Positions 61,801 through 64,000 of a DNA stretch of 64,000 nt are shown here, piece by piece. The DNA is from Eutreptiella sp. 'Long Island Sound 2002'. Its lineage: Eukaryota; Protista; Euglenida. A program made the translations under genes and the position numbers. Under the pieces are notes generated by a model that was not told where the DNA came from, ran no database searches, and was given only the letters and a program-made list of their open reading frames with translations. Where the stretch lies: NCBI GenBank assembly GCA_964036045.1, contig OZ038379.1:2170001-2234000 (forward strand), given 5' to 3'. The first letter of the stretch is position 1. Every line of letters starts with the position of its first letter.

Positions 61801-62315
61801 GCTGATGTATTCCCACCAGTCTCTCCCTGCCGTTAAAGGGAATGGGCCACATGCAGACGGGTGGCACAAACAAACATTCTCTGCTGTCCGAGAGTATCCC
61901 TGCATACATAGCACAGAACGAGTGTAAGAACTCTGTGCCAGATACACTGGACCTGTAATTTGATGGTTCAACTCCACACTGACCCCTCAGGGCTATCCAT
62001 GAGGCACACGTTTCTTCTTCAGGGACAGCTAAAATACTCCACGACGCTCCTCTGACTTCGTTCAGCCTTGAACAAGACTGCACATCCTCTGCAACCCTCC
62101 ACAACCCTCTACTACTCCTCTTCAACCCTCCAATTTTTTCTATGACCGCCGCAATGTTCCAGGGTGGAATTTGGGAGGGACTGCTGCAGCTGATGACTCC
62201 TCCTGTCCCAGGGAGCGGGGTCCGACAAACACATTTGGGATTCTTTCATGGATGGGTTACATCACTTCAAAACAATAACTGCCCCATCCCCCACACTTTC
62301 AAAAGCACACACACG

Positions 62316-62350
<35 letters not shown>

Positions 62351-62366
62351 GTAATGCGTGTGTGCA

Positions 62367-62404
<38 letters not shown>

Positions 62405-62724
62405 TGTGTGCGAGTGCTGCACAACCAAAGGGCCAAACATCGTTTACTAGGAGGACGCATATTGTGAGGCAACTTTGGACTTTGGGAACACTGGGCTGCC
62501 GTGATGATGTGTGCGATTGCATCATGCATTATGCATCCATTGCCACATGATTCCTGATCCCTCGTGCAGCAGTGTGGTGTTTGGTTGGTGAATCACTTCA
62601 GGCGCAGAAGGAGCGGATGGAAAAGGAGAGAGAAGAGTTTGCGCGGCAGGCCAAGCAACAGGAGGATGAGCTGCAGAAAGAGATTGCGGAGGAGAAGGCG
62701 CAGAAAGCTGAAGAGGAGCGGAAG
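52878..62724 (+). CDS. DNAAF2: Kintoun / dynein axonemal assembly factor 2 (PIH1 + CS domains), multi-exon, 3' end probably beyond the window or gap
   Basis: Phase-consistent GT-AG exons: 52878-53003, 54413-54493, 54616-54727, 55090-55146, 56010-56153, 58064-58387, 59556-59650, 60554-60637, 60780-60893, 62602-62724. Motifs EELERIAKCMEKQEFRELLNEY, PEPAFCVK, KVYINICSS, WHVPLSVG, YDAVFNP, PNYTIVHR, PKELVVRIELP, LPFPVDDDAASAKFDKTKKVLTITVAV. Confidence 0.85.
56280..56382. repeat. (TCCG)n/(TCTG)n tetranucleotide microsatellite
   Basis: Direct reading. Confidence 0.9.
60280..60400 (+). repeat. Dispersed repeat family E, copy 2
   Basis: Matches the reverse complement of 14510-14640. Confidence 0.8.
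62305..62405. repeat. Compound (CA)n-(GA)n-(GT)n microsatellite
   Basis: Direct reading. Confidence 0.9.
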
Positions 62725-63655
62725 GTGCAATATGTGCATGACAAGCGGACATTTGGGAGGAGTCCTACACTGAGGTCACACTGAGGGGGCATGTGGGTGA
62801 CACAGCCCACAGCCTCCAGTCGCTGAATGGGAGTGGTGTGGGTCTTTGTTTACAAGAGGGACAGCCCAGGTACAAGGAGTAGTGACTGGGAGTAAAGGAG
62901 AGCTCCTTGAGGGGGGCTCCTTGACTGCCCACTCGGGGGCGCCGTGCTCAGCACATGGTCATATCTGCCTGGGGCCTTTGCCTGGGTTTGTGGCTGGCTG
63001 CTGTGGCCAGTGGCTGGCCAATAATACGTACTTGGGCGCACCTGAAGGCCCTCCTGGGTCCTGCTCACCCGCTATGGTGAAGCTAGAATCCCGGGCAGAG
63101 CGTTATGGCTGCCTTAATGTCATGAAGGTACCCCACCTGTACTGGGTTGGTCTGAGAGGGACAGGGAGGGGTGTGGCCGTAAAGGCGCAGTTGCGAAGAG
63201 GAAGGAGGGGGACTGTGGAAAGGGTGGTCTTTAAAGGACCTGATTTTTTGTCTTGCCCTTAAGTATCCCCCTGTTGCTTTCGAATGCCGTCATTTATCCT
63301 CTCCCTGCCGTCGGCTGCCCCCCAACCGCCGCCGGTGAGCCTCCAACCGCTGTCGAATAGCCTCCCATCGCTGTCGGTTGCCCTTGCCATAGCACTTAGT
63401 GTAGCGGATGCTGCATACAGGGAGCACACAGCGAGGGCCATGTACAGAAGAACATTTTTACCGGGTGAGGGTTATCTGGAAGGGTTCAGATTCTGTTGAA
63501 GGTTGTACCGCAAGTGCCGCTTGGGTGATGGCTGATTGCCGTTTCGCGATCCCGTCTGGTCCACAGAAGGCTCAGCCCAGGTTTTGTGTGCACGTGAGAC
63601 CTCGTTGCCGCACCATCATAGCTCAGCACCCCCTGTGAGGGCACGTAACGGGAAC

Positions 63656-63855
63656 NNNNNNNNNNNNNNNNNNNNNNNNNNNNNNNNNNNNNNNNNNNNN
63701 NNNNNNNNNNNNNNNNNNNNNNNNNNNNNNNNNNNNNNNNNNNNNNNNNNNNNNNNNNNNNNNNNNNNNNNNNNNNNNNNNNNNNNNNNNNNNNNNNNNN
63801 NNNNNNNNNNNNNNNNNNNNNNNNNNNNNNNNNNNNNNNNNNNNNNNNNNNNNNN
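63656..63855. other. Assembly gap (200 N)
   Basis: Run of N. Confidence 1.
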
Positions 63856-64000
63856 CTCCCAAGGCTAGAGTGATAACGGCAGCAGACCACAGCGGTGCCG
63901 GTTGTGCAGTATTGAGATCTCCTCACATCTCGTCATGGTGCTTGGTGCCCTGGAGCACCCTGCCCACGATGGCCCACCCCGCTGTGCGCTTGAGCACAAT

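Noticed and set aside
63486-63926. ORFs spanning the N run
   Set aside because: Artefacts of the assembly gap.
1-64000. rRNA, tRNA, spliced-leader RNA genes and non-canonical euglenid-type introns
   Set aside because: No cloverleaf or box A/B pattern, rRNA signature or leader sequence was recognised by eye. All resolved introns are GT-AG. A covariance-model scan would be needed to exclude them fully.

Overview
Intron-rich, transposon-rich eukaryotic nuclear DNA from a flagellated organism (it carries a Kintoun-type dynein assembly factor). A euglenozoan or euglenid origin is only my guess, from the TOP2 sequence (DFIHKE motif) and overall style. I reconstructed three spliced genes by hand, all with GT-AG introns. 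(1) A DNA topoisomerase II gene on the minus strand (~5.4-21.0 kb, at least 28 exons). (2) An XLF/NHEJ1-like gene starting head-to-head with it on the plus strand (21608 to ~39156), whose introns are swollen by transposons. (3) A Kintoun/DNAAF2 (PIH1+CS) gene on the plus strand from 52878, probably continuing past the window. The rest is a stack of decayed mobile elements: piggyBac, hAT, a tyrosine recombinase, a CCCH/zinc-ribbon ORF, MITEs, and a TIR/TSD-bounded satellite-carrying element present twice. The most striking element is a ~6.3 kb composite (43890-50225) built from oriented subterminal repeat arrays. It contains a RAG1/Transib/CMC-type DDE transposase with RAG1-like His-His-Glu spacing, plus same-strand cargo ORFs, one with SET-domain motifs. 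A 2.5 kb TOP2 intron can also be read as seven phase-compatible exons (257 aa). No rRNA, tRNA or CRISPR array was recognised. All family assignments come from remembered motifs, not database searches.
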